Below, in pieces: positions 10,406 to 19,592 of a DNA stretch of 64,000 nt. The stretch's first letter is position 1. Each line of letters starts with the position of its first letter. The translations under genes were made by a program, and so were the position numbers. Source of the stretch: an uncultured delta proteobacterium (GTDB lineage Bacteria > Desulfobacterota > Desulfomonilia > UBA1062); assembly GCA_963785235.1 (NCBI GenBank), contig CAWAUM010000005.1, positions 448,001 to 512,000 on the forward strand. Reading direction: 5' to 3'. Below the pieces are notes generated by a model. The model had not been told where the DNA came from and searched no databases. It saw only the letters and a program-made list of their open reading frames with translations.

Positions 10406-11318
10406 CGAGTACGTTCTCAATAATGTTTCCTGCGGCACCGTTCTTTGAAATGATCCGGTGTTGAAGAACATGAGGGGCAATACTCCTGATATCACCTGGA
10501 GTTACATAGTCCCTGCCATCGATAAACGCCCAGGCCTGAGATGCCCGCTTCAGCGCAAGGCCACCCCGGGGGGAGACCCCGAGTTCCACATCAGGGTGTG
10601 TCCTGGTGGCGCGTACCAGCTTAGTGATGTAGGAAAGGATCTCTGCATGAACCTTTACCTGAGAAGCAGCTTCAATCATGGCCATAATTTCCGGCTTATC
10701 CATTATGGGGCTCAACTTCAATGCATCTGCGTGATCAATATCCTTCCTAAGGATCTCTGTCTCAGACTCCATGGGGGGGTATCCCACATTTGCCTTGATG
10801 AGAAACCTGTCCAGTTGGCTTTCAGGCAAAGGAAATGTGCCGACCACTTCAGCAGGATTCTGTGTTGCTATTACCATGAACGGATCAGGAAGCTTGTAGG
10901 TCATACCATCAATGGTCACCTGCGATTCCTGCATCGCCTCCAGGAGTGCCGACTGTGTCTTTGGGGAAGTCCTGTTGATTTCATCAGCAAGGACAATGCT
11001 GGCAAATATGGGGCCCTTTACCATATCGAGACCCTCTGAACTGCTTCTGAACATATGAAATCCAGTGACATCAGAGGGGAGCATGTCATTGGTAAATTGA
11101 ATGCGTTTAAAGCTCAGATGGAGAAGCTGTGATAGCGATATGGCAATGAGGGTCTTACCGACCCCCGGCACACCTTCCAGAAGTACATGCCCTTTTGAAA
11201 GAAGCGCGCATAGAACACAGGTCAGAACAGTGTCCTGGCCAAGAAAGACACCATGCATATGCTGAAAGATCTTTTGGATGAGCCCCCGGCTGTTCATGTG
11301 TTGTACTGATAATCCCAT
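10383..11318 (-). CDS. MoxR-family AAA+ ATPase
   Basis: GHVLLEGVPGVGKT, RIQFTNDMLPSD, LADEINRTSPKTQSALLEAM and FPLPESQLDRF. Confidence 0.95.
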   Translation of the reverse strand: MGLSVQHMNSRGLIQKIFQHMHGVFLGQDTVLTCVLCALLSKGHVLLEGVPGVGKTLIAISLSQLLHLSFKRIQFTNDMLPSDVTGFHMFRSSSEGLDMVKGPIFASIVLADEINRTSPKTQSALLEAMQESQVTIDGMTYKLPDPFMVIATQNPAEVVGTFPLPESQLDRFLIKANVGYPPMESETEILRKDIDHADALKLSPIMDKPEIMAMIEAASQVKVHAEILSYITKLVRATRTHPDVELGVSPRGGLALKRASQAWAFIDGRDYVTPGDIRSIAPHVLQHRIISKNGAAGNIIENVLDEVKIPI

Positions 11319-11521
11319 GGCTTTCTATCGGCATGTAACATATCCGGGAATAAATCGAAAATCAAATATTAGGGGCATAATGAAAGGAAAGGTGTAGACA
11401 TTATAGCTCCGAGCTATTGAGGTATACAATGACAAGAGGCACATAATTATTTATGAGAATATTCTCCGGTGCTTTCAGAAGATGAAAAACCGACAACAGT
11501 GTGAAATATTGCCGTTATCAT

Positions 11522-11716
11522 CTAGACTTCATCGGGAAGATGCTTTTTGATTTTCGCGAGAACCTCACTGATCTCTTTCTGGCGTGCCTTCAAGTAGTCT
11601 CTATATTCAAAAGAAGCCCTTGCGTGATGGATCTCAATACGAACAGTTACCTCTTCCCGATTCAGGAGCATCTTGAGCAATAATAGATCTTCCTTCGTGA
11701 CTTCCAGTGTTATCAT
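11522..11716 (-). CDS. Small hypothetical protein (64 aa, helical)
   Basis: Strong SD (AAAGGAGG) just upstream of the ATG; no competing ORF; charged amphipathic composition. Confidence 0.7.
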   Translation of the reverse strand: MITLEVTKEDLLLLKMLLNREEVTVRIEIHHARASFEYRDYLKARQKEISEVLAKIKKHLPDEV

Positions 11717-11842
11717 GTCAACCTCCTTTTCTATTTTTATAAGGTAAGGCCGGTTATGACTGAGTCAAGCCCTTGGCTATAAAAAACAATGAAACCAATG
11801 ATATAAAAAAGTGTGTAGTATATTGAAAAGGGATCTGATATG

Positions 11843-11870
11843 TAAAGTTTTATTCAGAAATCTCCGATAC
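11843..11870 (+). promoter_or_regulatory. Putative sigma28-type promoter (TAAAGTTT...TCCGATAC)
   Basis: TAAA-N16-TCCGATAC, close to the FliA consensus TAAA-N15-GCCGATAA, 19 nt before the kinase ATG. Confidence 0.5.
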
Positions 11871-11889
11871 TCACCACGAAGGTAACATC

Positions 11890-14145
11890 ATGGCTGACAT
11901 GCGTTATAGGCAGATCCTCGAGGACATGGAGGAAGGTTACTACGAGATTGACCTGACAGGAACCTTCAAATTTGTAAATAAAATCGTCTGCAGGATTGCC
12001 GAACTGCCAGAAGATCAAATCCTCGGTGTGAACTATATGGATTATACCACCAAGGCCACCTCAAGGCGTGTCTATAAGACCTTCAGCAAGGTTTATCAGA
12101 CAGGGATCCCTCAAAGGGTAGAATACGAGATCCTTTTAAAAGACAATACCAGGAAAGTCATTGAGAATACAATCAGCCTTCTTCGTGACAATGACCTGAA
12201 TATTATAGGGTTCTGCGGGTTGGTGAACGACATCACCAAACGGAAAAGACTTGAAGAGCAGCTCCGCCAAAACAGGGAGCGGTTCGAGGCCCTATTTGAG
12301 AACGCAAATGAGCTTATACTGACTACGGATGCCTTTGGATATATCAAGAGGCTTAATAAAAAGGTTGAAGAGATTTCAGGTTATCCAAGAAACGAACTCA
12401 TCGGCAAGAGCATCCTGGTAATTGCACACCCCGATGATCGGCTTACCTATATACAATTCTGGCAACATCTTCTGGAGGGTCAGACCCCAAGATTCGAACT
12501 CAAGGCACTTACAAAAGATGGTATGACCAGATATCTCCTTGCCAGTGGAAGTGTGTTGCGAAGAGGTGGAAAAATCGAAGAGGTGCAGTATAATGCGCAA
12601 GAGATTTCTTCTCTTAAAAATGCTCAACTAACTATAGAAGACCTCAAGAACCTCCTGAGCAGTATTTTTGAATCAAGCCCGAACATGATTATATGCCTTG
12701 ACTGTGCTGGAAAGATCCAGATGGCCAACCCCATTACGGAAAGGATCTTCCATAAACCGATCTCAGCTATGATCGGTAATAGCCTGTCTTCCCTGAGCCC
12801 TTCGATGACCTCTTTTCAGAAAGTTATTCACGAGGTTCAGAAGGAACGAACCCCGCAGTTTCTTCACGAGAAAATACTTTCTGAAAATTCAAACAATGTG
12901 TTTGATGTAAATATATATCCTCTGACTAATCCTTCCCTGGGTGGCGTTGTATTTACCGCTGTGGATATCAGCGATAAAAAACACATGGAACTTCAGCTCA
13001 TCCATGCACAGAAGATGGAGACTATCGGTGAACTGGCAGGTGGTGTAGCCCATGACTTCAACAATATTCTGACAGGGATTACCGGCAATATCTCCATGCT
13101 GAAATACACTACTGATGAAAAGAAGAGGATCCAATACATCAATACCCTGGAGAATATTGCCGAGCGCGCCCGGGATCTCACCCAGCAGATGCTTGTTTTC
13201 ACCAAAAGGAATGAAGGCAAACCCGAACATATCTCTCTGAACCAGGTGATCCGAGAAGTCATTGATATGTCAATAAAATCAATACCCAAGAACATCAAAA
13301 TCGATTACAATACAAATGGAAAGGATTATGCAGTATTTATCGACCATACACACCTCACTCAGGTGCTGCTGAACCTGATTGTGAATGCCAAGGATGCCAT
13401 CGGCGATGATCAGGAGGGCCTGATTGCCATATCTATGAGCCAGATCCTAGTAGATAAAGATTCCAAAAGACAATTTCTCCTGGGTTCCATCGGCAAGTAT
13501 GCACACTTAGAAGTTAAAGATAACGGGATTGGTATGAATAACCAAACCCTATCCAAAATCTTTGATCCTTTTTTCAGTACTAAACAGAAAGGTCCTGACA
13601 AAGGAACTGGGCTTGGCCTTTCCATCGCTTATAATATTATTAAAAATTCGGGCGGTGGCATCCAAGTGAGCTCTTCTGAGGGCAAGGGGTCAACTTTCAG
13701 CATTTTGTTGCCGGTATCCAAACTCAAAGAAAAGGCATTACCTTCCGAGGATAAAGTTTCCCAGTACATTTCCAAACACAAAGCGAGGATTCTGATTGTG
13801 GATGATGAGGAAATGCTCAGAGACATTGGAAAAGAAATGCTTAATCTGTTAGGTCATTCTGTTGAGACTGCATGCAATGGTCATGAATGCATGGAGGTCC
13901 TTAAAAATGACCCAATGGGATTTGACCTCATCATCCTTGATATGATTATGCCCGGGCTGGATGGTTATCACACCCTTGTGGAAATGGAGAAGCTCAAGAT
14001 AGATACAAGGGTTGTCATCTCATCAGGTTTCTCTTTTGAGCACGAGAAACAAGATTTTTTTTCAAATCCCCTGATAGTAGCTAAACTGAATAAACCCTTT
14101 AACTTAACCGAACTTTCCCAGATCCTCGAAGAAGCCCTTTCTTAG
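11890..14145 (+). CDS. Cytoplasmic hybrid sensor histidine kinase (3 PAS + HisKA + HATPase + receiver)
   Basis: H-box GGVAHDFNN, N-box NLIVNAKDA, DPFFSTK..KGTGLGL and receiver ILIVDDE...LDMIMP...KPF. Confidence 0.95.
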   Translation: MADMRYRQILEDMEEGYYEIDLTGTFKFVNKIVCRIAELPEDQILGVNYMDYTTKATSRRVYKTFSKVYQTGIPQRVEYEILLKDNTRKVIENTISLLRDNDLNIIGFCGLVNDITKRKRLEEQLRQNRERFEALFENANELILTTDAFGYIKRLNKKVEEISGYPRNELIGKSILVIAHPDDRLTYIQFWQHLLEGQTPRFELKALTKDGMTRYLLASGSVLRRGGKIEEVQYNAQEISSLKNAQLTIEDLKNLLSSIFESSPNMIICLDCAGKIQMANPITERIFHKPISAMIGNSLSSLSPSMTSFQKVIHEVQKERTPQFLHEKILSENSNNVFDVNIYPLTNPSLGGVVFTAVDISDKKHMELQLIHAQKMETIGELAGGVAHDFNNILTGITGNISMLKYTTDEKKRIQYINTLENIAERARDLTQQMLVFTKRNEGKPEHISLNQVIREVIDMSIKSIPKNIKIDYNTNGKDYAVFIDHTHLTQVLLNLIVNAKDAIGDDQEGLIAISMSQILVDKDSKRQFLLGSIGKYAHLEVKDNGIGMNNQTLSKIFDPFFSTKQKGPDKGTGLGLSIAYNIIKNSGGGIQVSSSEGKGSTFSILLPVSKLKEKALPSEDKVSQYISKHKARILIVDDEEMLRDIGKEMLNLLGHSVETACNGHECMEVLKNDPMGFDLIILDMIMPGLDGYHTLVEMEKLKIDTRVVISSGFSFEHEKQDFFSNPLIVAKLNKPFNLTELSQILEEALS

Positions 14146-14307
14146 CGTGATCCGTAATCAGTAAACAGTTATCCTTATTGATAATATCATCACTTATCAC
14201 TTTCATAATAACTTATCTTCCCTTTGACCCCTGCCGATACTATCATTACGTCTAGATATGAGTTAATCCGCCCAAGACTTCATTAAATAATTCGGGGGCA
14301 CATACAC

Positions 14308-15840
14308 ATGGCATACAACAGCGAATTTCACGACACATTCTTCGAGGACCTGTTTGAGAACTCAACAGCCGTATCGGCTGTTACTGATGAAAACGGCATA
14401 CTGAAGAAAGTGAATAAGAGATCACTGGAGATGTTCTTCGGCCAGGTCCAAGATAAGAATTCCGTGATTGGGAGAAACATCCTGGAATTTATACATAAGG
14501 ATGACAAACCAAAGGTAATAGAACTCTGGAAGCAGAGTATGTTGGAAAAAAAGGAAGTCAGGTATGAGCTTCGCATGACCTCAAATGAAGGTCATGTAAT
14601 GTATTTCCTTATCAGCGGCCGGCCCATCATAAGAGACGGCAAGATTGTCATGTTCCATTACCAGGCCCTTAACATGATCGATCAAAAGGTCCAGGAGCAA
14701 AATATGCTGCACTCTGCAAGCGCGGAGATCCTTACTCAGCTCGCAGGTGGATTTGCACATGACTTTAACAACCTGCTCACGGTAATAAATGGGTATTCCG
14801 AGATCCTGAAGATGTCCATTGATGAACACAACCCTTTGCACCACAAAATCAGCCAGATATGCTTAGCCGGCAAACAGGCATCTGTCCTTACCAACAGGAT
14901 GTTGGATTTCAGCAGGAGGAATAAAGCTGAAGCAAAACCCCTTGATGTCAATACTGAAATTACCAACCAGGAAAGCATTATCAAACATGTGATTGGTCAA
15001 AATATAACGGTAAATTTTGAAAAATCAGCAGATCTTGCCCCGATAACCATAGGACCTTCCACATTCAGCAACCTCCTCATCAACCTGGCCGTGAATGCGA
15101 AGGAAGCTATGTCAAAGGGCGGGGAAATAACTATCGGGACCGAAGGTATAACTGTCAATGCCGCCAATGAGAAGGTGTACCCCCAGGTGCCCCATGGTGA
15201 TTACATGCTGCTGAGAGTAAAGGACACAGGAGAAGGTATGACAGAAGAGGTCAAGCGTCAGATATTCGACCCCTTCTTCTCTACCCGTGAGAGTGGGAAG
15301 GGTATTGGTTTGTGGACAGTCCATAACATTGTCAGTGCAGCACGAGGATTTATTGTTGTAGACACGGAGCCTGGATCAGGAACAACCTTTTCAATACTGT
15401 TCCCCTTTTCTTCCCATGAGGCCGAAAGGGTCGTTCATAGTAAGACAAGACCGACAAAGCCTGAAGTACTCCCTTCCGAATTCAAGACGATACTTATTGT
15501 TGAAGATGATGATACGGTTCGCGACCTCGTATGCGAGATCCTCAAACAGCAAGGTCATGTAATCCTGACTGCCCGCAACGGTGGGGATGCACTACAACTT
15601 GCACGTCAGTATGAAGGCCATATCGACCTCCTCATCACAGACATGGTTATGCGCAGAATTGATGGAAAAATGCTCTCCAGGAAGATAAGGTCAATCTGGC
15701 CGCACATCAAGATAATGTTCATGTCAGGTTACGGAGGCGATGTGATCAGTGATAGCGACCTCAAAGGGAATGTGTTTCTCTCAAAGCCTTTCCTGCCGCA
15801 GGACCTCATTGATAAGGTCAGGGAAGTATTTCAGGGATGA
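14308..15840 (+). CDS. Hybrid sensor histidine kinase (PAS + HisKA + HATPase + receiver)
   Basis: FAHDFNNLL, NLAVNAKEAM, DPFFSTR..GKGIGL and receiver ILIVEDD...TDMVM...KPF. Confidence 0.95.
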   Translation: MAYNSEFHDTFFEDLFENSTAVSAVTDENGILKKVNKRSLEMFFGQVQDKNSVIGRNILEFIHKDDKPKVIELWKQSMLEKKEVRYELRMTSNEGHVMYFLISGRPIIRDGKIVMFHYQALNMIDQKVQEQNMLHSASAEILTQLAGGFAHDFNNLLTVINGYSEILKMSIDEHNPLHHKISQICLAGKQASVLTNRMLDFSRRNKAEAKPLDVNTEITNQESIIKHVIGQNITVNFEKSADLAPITIGPSTFSNLLINLAVNAKEAMSKGGEITIGTEGITVNAANEKVYPQVPHGDYMLLRVKDTGEGMTEEVKRQIFDPFFSTRESGKGIGLWTVHNIVSAARGFIVVDTEPGSGTTFSILFPFSSHEAERVVHSKTRPTKPEVLPSEFKTILIVEDDDTVRDLVCEILKQQGHVILTARNGGDALQLARQYEGHIDLLITDMVMRRIDGKMLSRKIRSIWPHIKIMFMSGYGGDVISDSDLKGNVFLSKPFLPQDLIDKVREVFQG

Positions 15841-15842
15841 GA

Positions 15843-16532
15843 TTAACGAACAGTACATCTTTTGACCTGGTGACTAAGCTCTATGATAAGATTCTCTATC
15901 TCTTTATCGGTAAAAGATGCCTCCTTTATGTATGCCTGGTCTACATGCTTCGAAGAGACAAATTTTTGGAGTATGTACAATTGCGCTCCTTGAATCATCT
16001 TTGCTAGGTTTATTATATCTACCGGGCGGAGAAGAGAATTAACAATGGTTGTGCGGAACTCATAAGCAAGACCTGAAGCCATCAGCAAAGCGATACTTTT
16101 CTTTATATGAGTTATGTTCACAAGAGACCCCGCTACAAGAGAATACTTGTCCAACGGTGCCTTGATATCCATTGCTACATAATCAAGAACGTTTCCTCGA
16201 AAAGCATCTTGGAGTACTTTCGGTCTTGAGCCGTTGGTGTCAAGTTTTACCAGGTAACCCATGGATTTCACCTTCTGCATGAATGCGATAAGACCTGGTT
16301 GTAAAGTCGGTTCTCCCCCTGATATGACTACAGCATCAAGCTTTTCCCTCCTTTTTTCAAGAAAGGTGTATACATCTCTCAAAAGGATAGTATCACCATA
16401 ACGTCTCTTGTCTACAAGCTCAGGATTGTGACAGTAGGGACACCGGAAATTACAGCCTTGAGTAAAGACCACTGCACTTATCTTACCCGGATAATCGATA
16501 AATGATGTCTTTTGTACATAGCCGATCTTCAT
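15843..16532 (-). CDS. nrdG: Anaerobic ribonucleotide reductase activating enzyme (radical SAM)
   Basis: SFIDYPGK...GCNFRCPYCHNP (CxxxCxxC), SGGEPT and KLDTNGS; near nrdD. Confidence 0.92.
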   Translation of the reverse strand: MKIGYVQKTSFIDYPGKISAVVFTQGCNFRCPYCHNPELVDKRRYGDTILLRDVYTFLEKRREKLDAVVISGGEPTLQPGLIAFMQKVKSMGYLVKLDTNGSRPKVLQDAFRGNVLDYVAMDIKAPLDKYSLVAGSLVNITHIKKSIALLMASGLAYEFRTTIVNSLLRPVDIINLAKMIQGAQLYILQKFVSSKHVDQAYIKEASFTDKEIENLIIELSHQVKRCTVR

Positions 16533-16679
16533 ACGATACTCACAATAAATAATTTATCGATAAAACCATTAATGATGATACAAATGATATGCATACAAAA
16601 CCAATGCCCTTGCATGTTTTGGCAAATAAATATAAATTGATCATTCAAGATATCCTTTCATAAGGACGATTTAATAATC

Positions 16680-17063
16680 ATGGCAAAGGCACGCATATTA
16701 ATAATGGATGATGAAGATCTTATTCTTGATGTTGTGAGCAGCATGCTTGAATACCTGGGATATGAGGTGGAACTCTCGAGGAACGGGCAGGAGGCCATTG
16801 AAAGATACAGTGCCGCACTGCAGGAAGGAAAGCCATTTGGTGCCGTAATTATGGACCTCACCATACCAGGAAGCCGTGGAGGCAAGGATGTCATCCAGGA
16901 TCTCATTCAACTTGACCCTTCGGTGAAGGCAATTGTGTCGAGCGGATACTCCAATGATCCGATCATGACAAACTGTAAAGAATATGGCTTCAAGGGTGTC
17001 ATCAAGAAGCCGTTCAAGATGGAAGACCTCAGCGAAGTCATTGCACAGACCCTAAGTAATTAA
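16680..17063 (+). CDS. Stand-alone response regulator receiver protein
   Basis: ILIMDDE, IMDLTIPG, VSSGYSNDP and KKPF. Confidence 0.92.
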   Translation: MAKARILIMDDEDLILDVVSSMLEYLGYEVELSRNGQEAIERYSAALQEGKPFGAVIMDLTIPGSRGGKDVIQDLIQLDPSVKAIVSSGYSNDPIMTNCKEYGFKGVIKKPFKMEDLSEVIAQTLSN

Positions 17064-17081
17064 GGATGACCTGAATTATAA

Positions 17082-17154
17082 GGCACCAGGCCTTATGCAT
17101 AAGGTTTTTCATAATACATTTGCATGCATAACCTCGTGCCTAAGGCCAGGTGCC
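17082..17154. repeat. Imperfect 25-bp inverted repeat between convergent genes (possible bidirectional terminator or REP-like element)
   Basis: GGCACCAGGCCTTATGCATAAGGTT (17082-17106) versus the reverse complement of 17130-17154 (GGCACCTGGCCTTAGGCACGAGGTT): 21 of 25 match. Confidence 0.75.
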
Positions 17155-17160
17155 AAACCT

Positions 17161-19374
17161 TTATACCTGTCTTAGAATATCCTTTTCGTTTTCCGGAAGA
17201 GGTCTCAATGCTTCGCGTGCAGTATTAGGCTGGGTGGCTTTTATCTTATATACCTGGCTTGTCGCCAACCCTTCAGTATGGATAGCCCTGTGGACCTTGA
17301 AGGACTTCCTTTGGAGGAACTCTTCTTTCTTGCCGTTGTTCCATTGGGCCACAGGCCTCAGGTACCCCACAACACGTGAATAAACCTCGGTAGTCTCACC
17401 GCAGTCAGGGCACTGAGCGTGGTTGCCTGTGAGGTATCCATGGCCAGGGCAAACGCTGAAGGTGGGGCTGAAGGTGAAGTAGGGAATCTTATAACCAAGA
17501 CAGATCTTCTTTACCAGGAGTTTGATCACCTCAGGGTCATCCACTCGCTCACCTGCAAAAAGATGCATGACTGTCCCACCGGTATACTTGGTCTGGATCT
17601 CATCCTGGAGGTCAAGTGCCTCGAATATGTCGTCGGTGTAATTCACCGGGAGCTGTGAAGAGTTCGTATAGTATGGCTCATGGCCCTGCCTATATGCGTC
17701 TTCATTAGCGCAGATGATGTCAGGAAAGGCCTTCTTGTCGATCCGAGCCATTCGATATGATGTGCCTTCAGCCGGCGTTGCCTCAAAGTTGTAATTGTTG
17801 CCTGTCATCTCCTGGAGGAGGACCAGCTTATGCCTTATAAAATCTGAGACCCTCAGTGCAAAGGCTTTCCCTTGATCGGTGCCGATATCTTTTCCGAAGA
17901 GATTCTCACAGGCCTCGTTCATGCCCAGAATGCCGATTGTCGAGAAGTGGTTTTTCCAGTACTCGCCGAATTTCTCTTTCATCCCTATAAGGTAATACTT
18001 CGTATACGGGTATAGATTACTCTGTGTAAAGCTCTCCAATACCTTTCGTTTGATTTCAAGGCTTGAGCTGGCGATATCGATAAGCGCCTCGAGTCTGCTC
18101 ATGAAATCCGTCTCGCTTGTACTCAGGTATCCTAGTCTCGGCAGGTTGATGGTTACAACTCCTATGGAGCCGGTGAGCGGATTTGATCCGAAAAGACCGC
18201 CTCCCCTCTTGACCAGTTCCCGATTGTCGATCCTGAGCCTGCAGCACATGCTCCTCGCATCGCCCGGGTCCATATCGGAATTGATGAAATTGGAGAAATA
18301 GGGAACCCCGTATTTTGCAGTCATCTCCCACAGACCGGCAATGTTCGGATTATCCCAGTTGAAGTCGGATGTAATATTATAGGTGGGAATAGGGAACGTG
18401 AACACCCTGCCCTTGGCATCACCGGCAGCCATTACCTCAACAAAGGCACGGTTGAACATGTCCATTTCCTGTTGGAATTCTCCGTATGTTGCTTCCTGTA
18501 TCTTTCCGCCGATTACCACACCCTGGTCCTTGTAGTGTGCCGGCACATCAAGGTCCAGTGTCACGTTGGTGAACGGGGTCTGGAAGCCTACCCTTGTGGG
18601 TACGTTGATGTTAAAGATGAATTCCTGAAGGGCCTGCTTGACCTGAACATAATCAAGTCCATCAAATCTGATAAAGGGCGCCAGCAGGGTGTCAAAGTTG
18701 GAGAATGCCTGGGCCCCGGCAGCCTCGCCTTGAAGGGTGTAGAAAAAGTTCACGATCTGTCCTAAAGCGGTGCGGAAATGTTTGGCCGGTTTGCTTTCAA
18801 CCTTGCCTGCTGCGCCCTTGAAACCCTGGACGAGGAGATCGTAAAGGTCCCATCCAACGCAATAGACGCTGATGATGTTGAGGTCGTGTATATGGAAATC
18901 CCCGCCGGAGTGGGCATTTCTTACTTCAGGAGGATAGATCTTGTTAAGCCAGTAAATCTTGCTGATCTCTGATGACAGGTAGTTGTTAAGACCCTGGAGA
19001 GAAAACGCCATGTTGCTGTTTTCGTTCACCTGCCAGTCCAGCTTATCGAGATACTGGTCGATCAGATCAACCCCCATACCGTCCTTGATCTCGCGAATTT
19101 TTGCGTGCTGGTCACGGTAGATTATATATGCCTTTGCTGTTTTTTTGAGCATCGACTGGAGGAGCACTTCCTCCACGATGTCCTGGATCTCCTCTACTGT
19201 GGGTATGTCTGTTACGGTCTGCTCAGCAATGGACAGGACCTTGACCATAAGTTTGTGTGCCGTGGCGTCATCAAACTCTCCGGTGGCACTGCCGGCCTTG
19301 GCTATGGCAGCTGTGATCTTGGAAGCATCAAAGGTTACTACCCGGCCATTTCTCTTCTTGATGGTGATGAACAT
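17161..19374 (-). CDS. nrdD: Class III (anaerobic) ribonucleoside-triphosphate reductase with N-terminal ATP cone
   Basis: ATP cone IKKRNGRVVTFD, SMCCRL, ATPAEG, Zn motif CPGHG...CPDCG and glycyl-radical loop SRVVGYL. Confidence 0.96.
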   Translation of the reverse strand: MFITIKKRNGRVVTFDASKITAAIAKAGSATGEFDDATAHKLMVKVLSIAEQTVTDIPTVEEIQDIVEEVLLQSMLKKTAKAYIIYRDQHAKIREIKDGMGVDLIDQYLDKLDWQVNENSNMAFSLQGLNNYLSSEISKIYWLNKIYPPEVRNAHSGGDFHIHDLNIISVYCVGWDLYDLLVQGFKGAAGKVESKPAKHFRTALGQIVNFFYTLQGEAAGAQAFSNFDTLLAPFIRFDGLDYVQVKQALQEFIFNINVPTRVGFQTPFTNVTLDLDVPAHYKDQGVVIGGKIQEATYGEFQQEMDMFNRAFVEVMAAGDAKGRVFTFPIPTYNITSDFNWDNPNIAGLWEMTAKYGVPYFSNFINSDMDPGDARSMCCRLRIDNRELVKRGGGLFGSNPLTGSIGVVTINLPRLGYLSTSETDFMSRLEALIDIASSSLEIKRKVLESFTQSNLYPYTKYYLIGMKEKFGEYWKNHFSTIGILGMNEACENLFGKDIGTDQGKAFALRVSDFIRHKLVLLQEMTGNNYNFEATPAEGTSYRMARIDKKAFPDIICANEDAYRQGHEPYYTNSSQLPVNYTDDIFEALDLQDEIQTKYTGGTVMHLFAGERVDDPEVIKLLVKKICLGYKIPYFTFSPTFSVCPGHGYLTGNHAQCPDCGETTEVYSRVVGYLRPVAQWNNGKKEEFLQRKSFKVHRAIHTEGLATSQVYKIKATQPNTAREALRPLPENEKDILRQV

Positions 19375-19519
19375 ATCATTCTCCCCCTTGGAGTGTAAAA
19401 CTCATAAAATTACTTTTACTAATGACAATTCCGCCTTAATTTCCCCTCTACCTTATAAATTTCTCTTGCTGATACTGTCATTGCTCTCATCAGATTGCAT
19501 CAAGTTGTTTCATCTCTTA

Positions 19520-19566
19520 ATACTATATATAGTGTATTTAACCTATCACCATACTATATATAGGGC
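19520..19566. promoter_or_regulatory. Tandem NrdR boxes upstream of nrdD
   Basis: ATACTATATATAGTGT (19520-19535) and ATACTATATATAGGGC (19551-19566), 31 bp apart, resembling the NrdR consensus acaCwAtATaTwGtgt. Confidence 0.88.
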
Positions 19567-19592
19567 ATTAGTATGAGAATGCAAGGGAAAAA

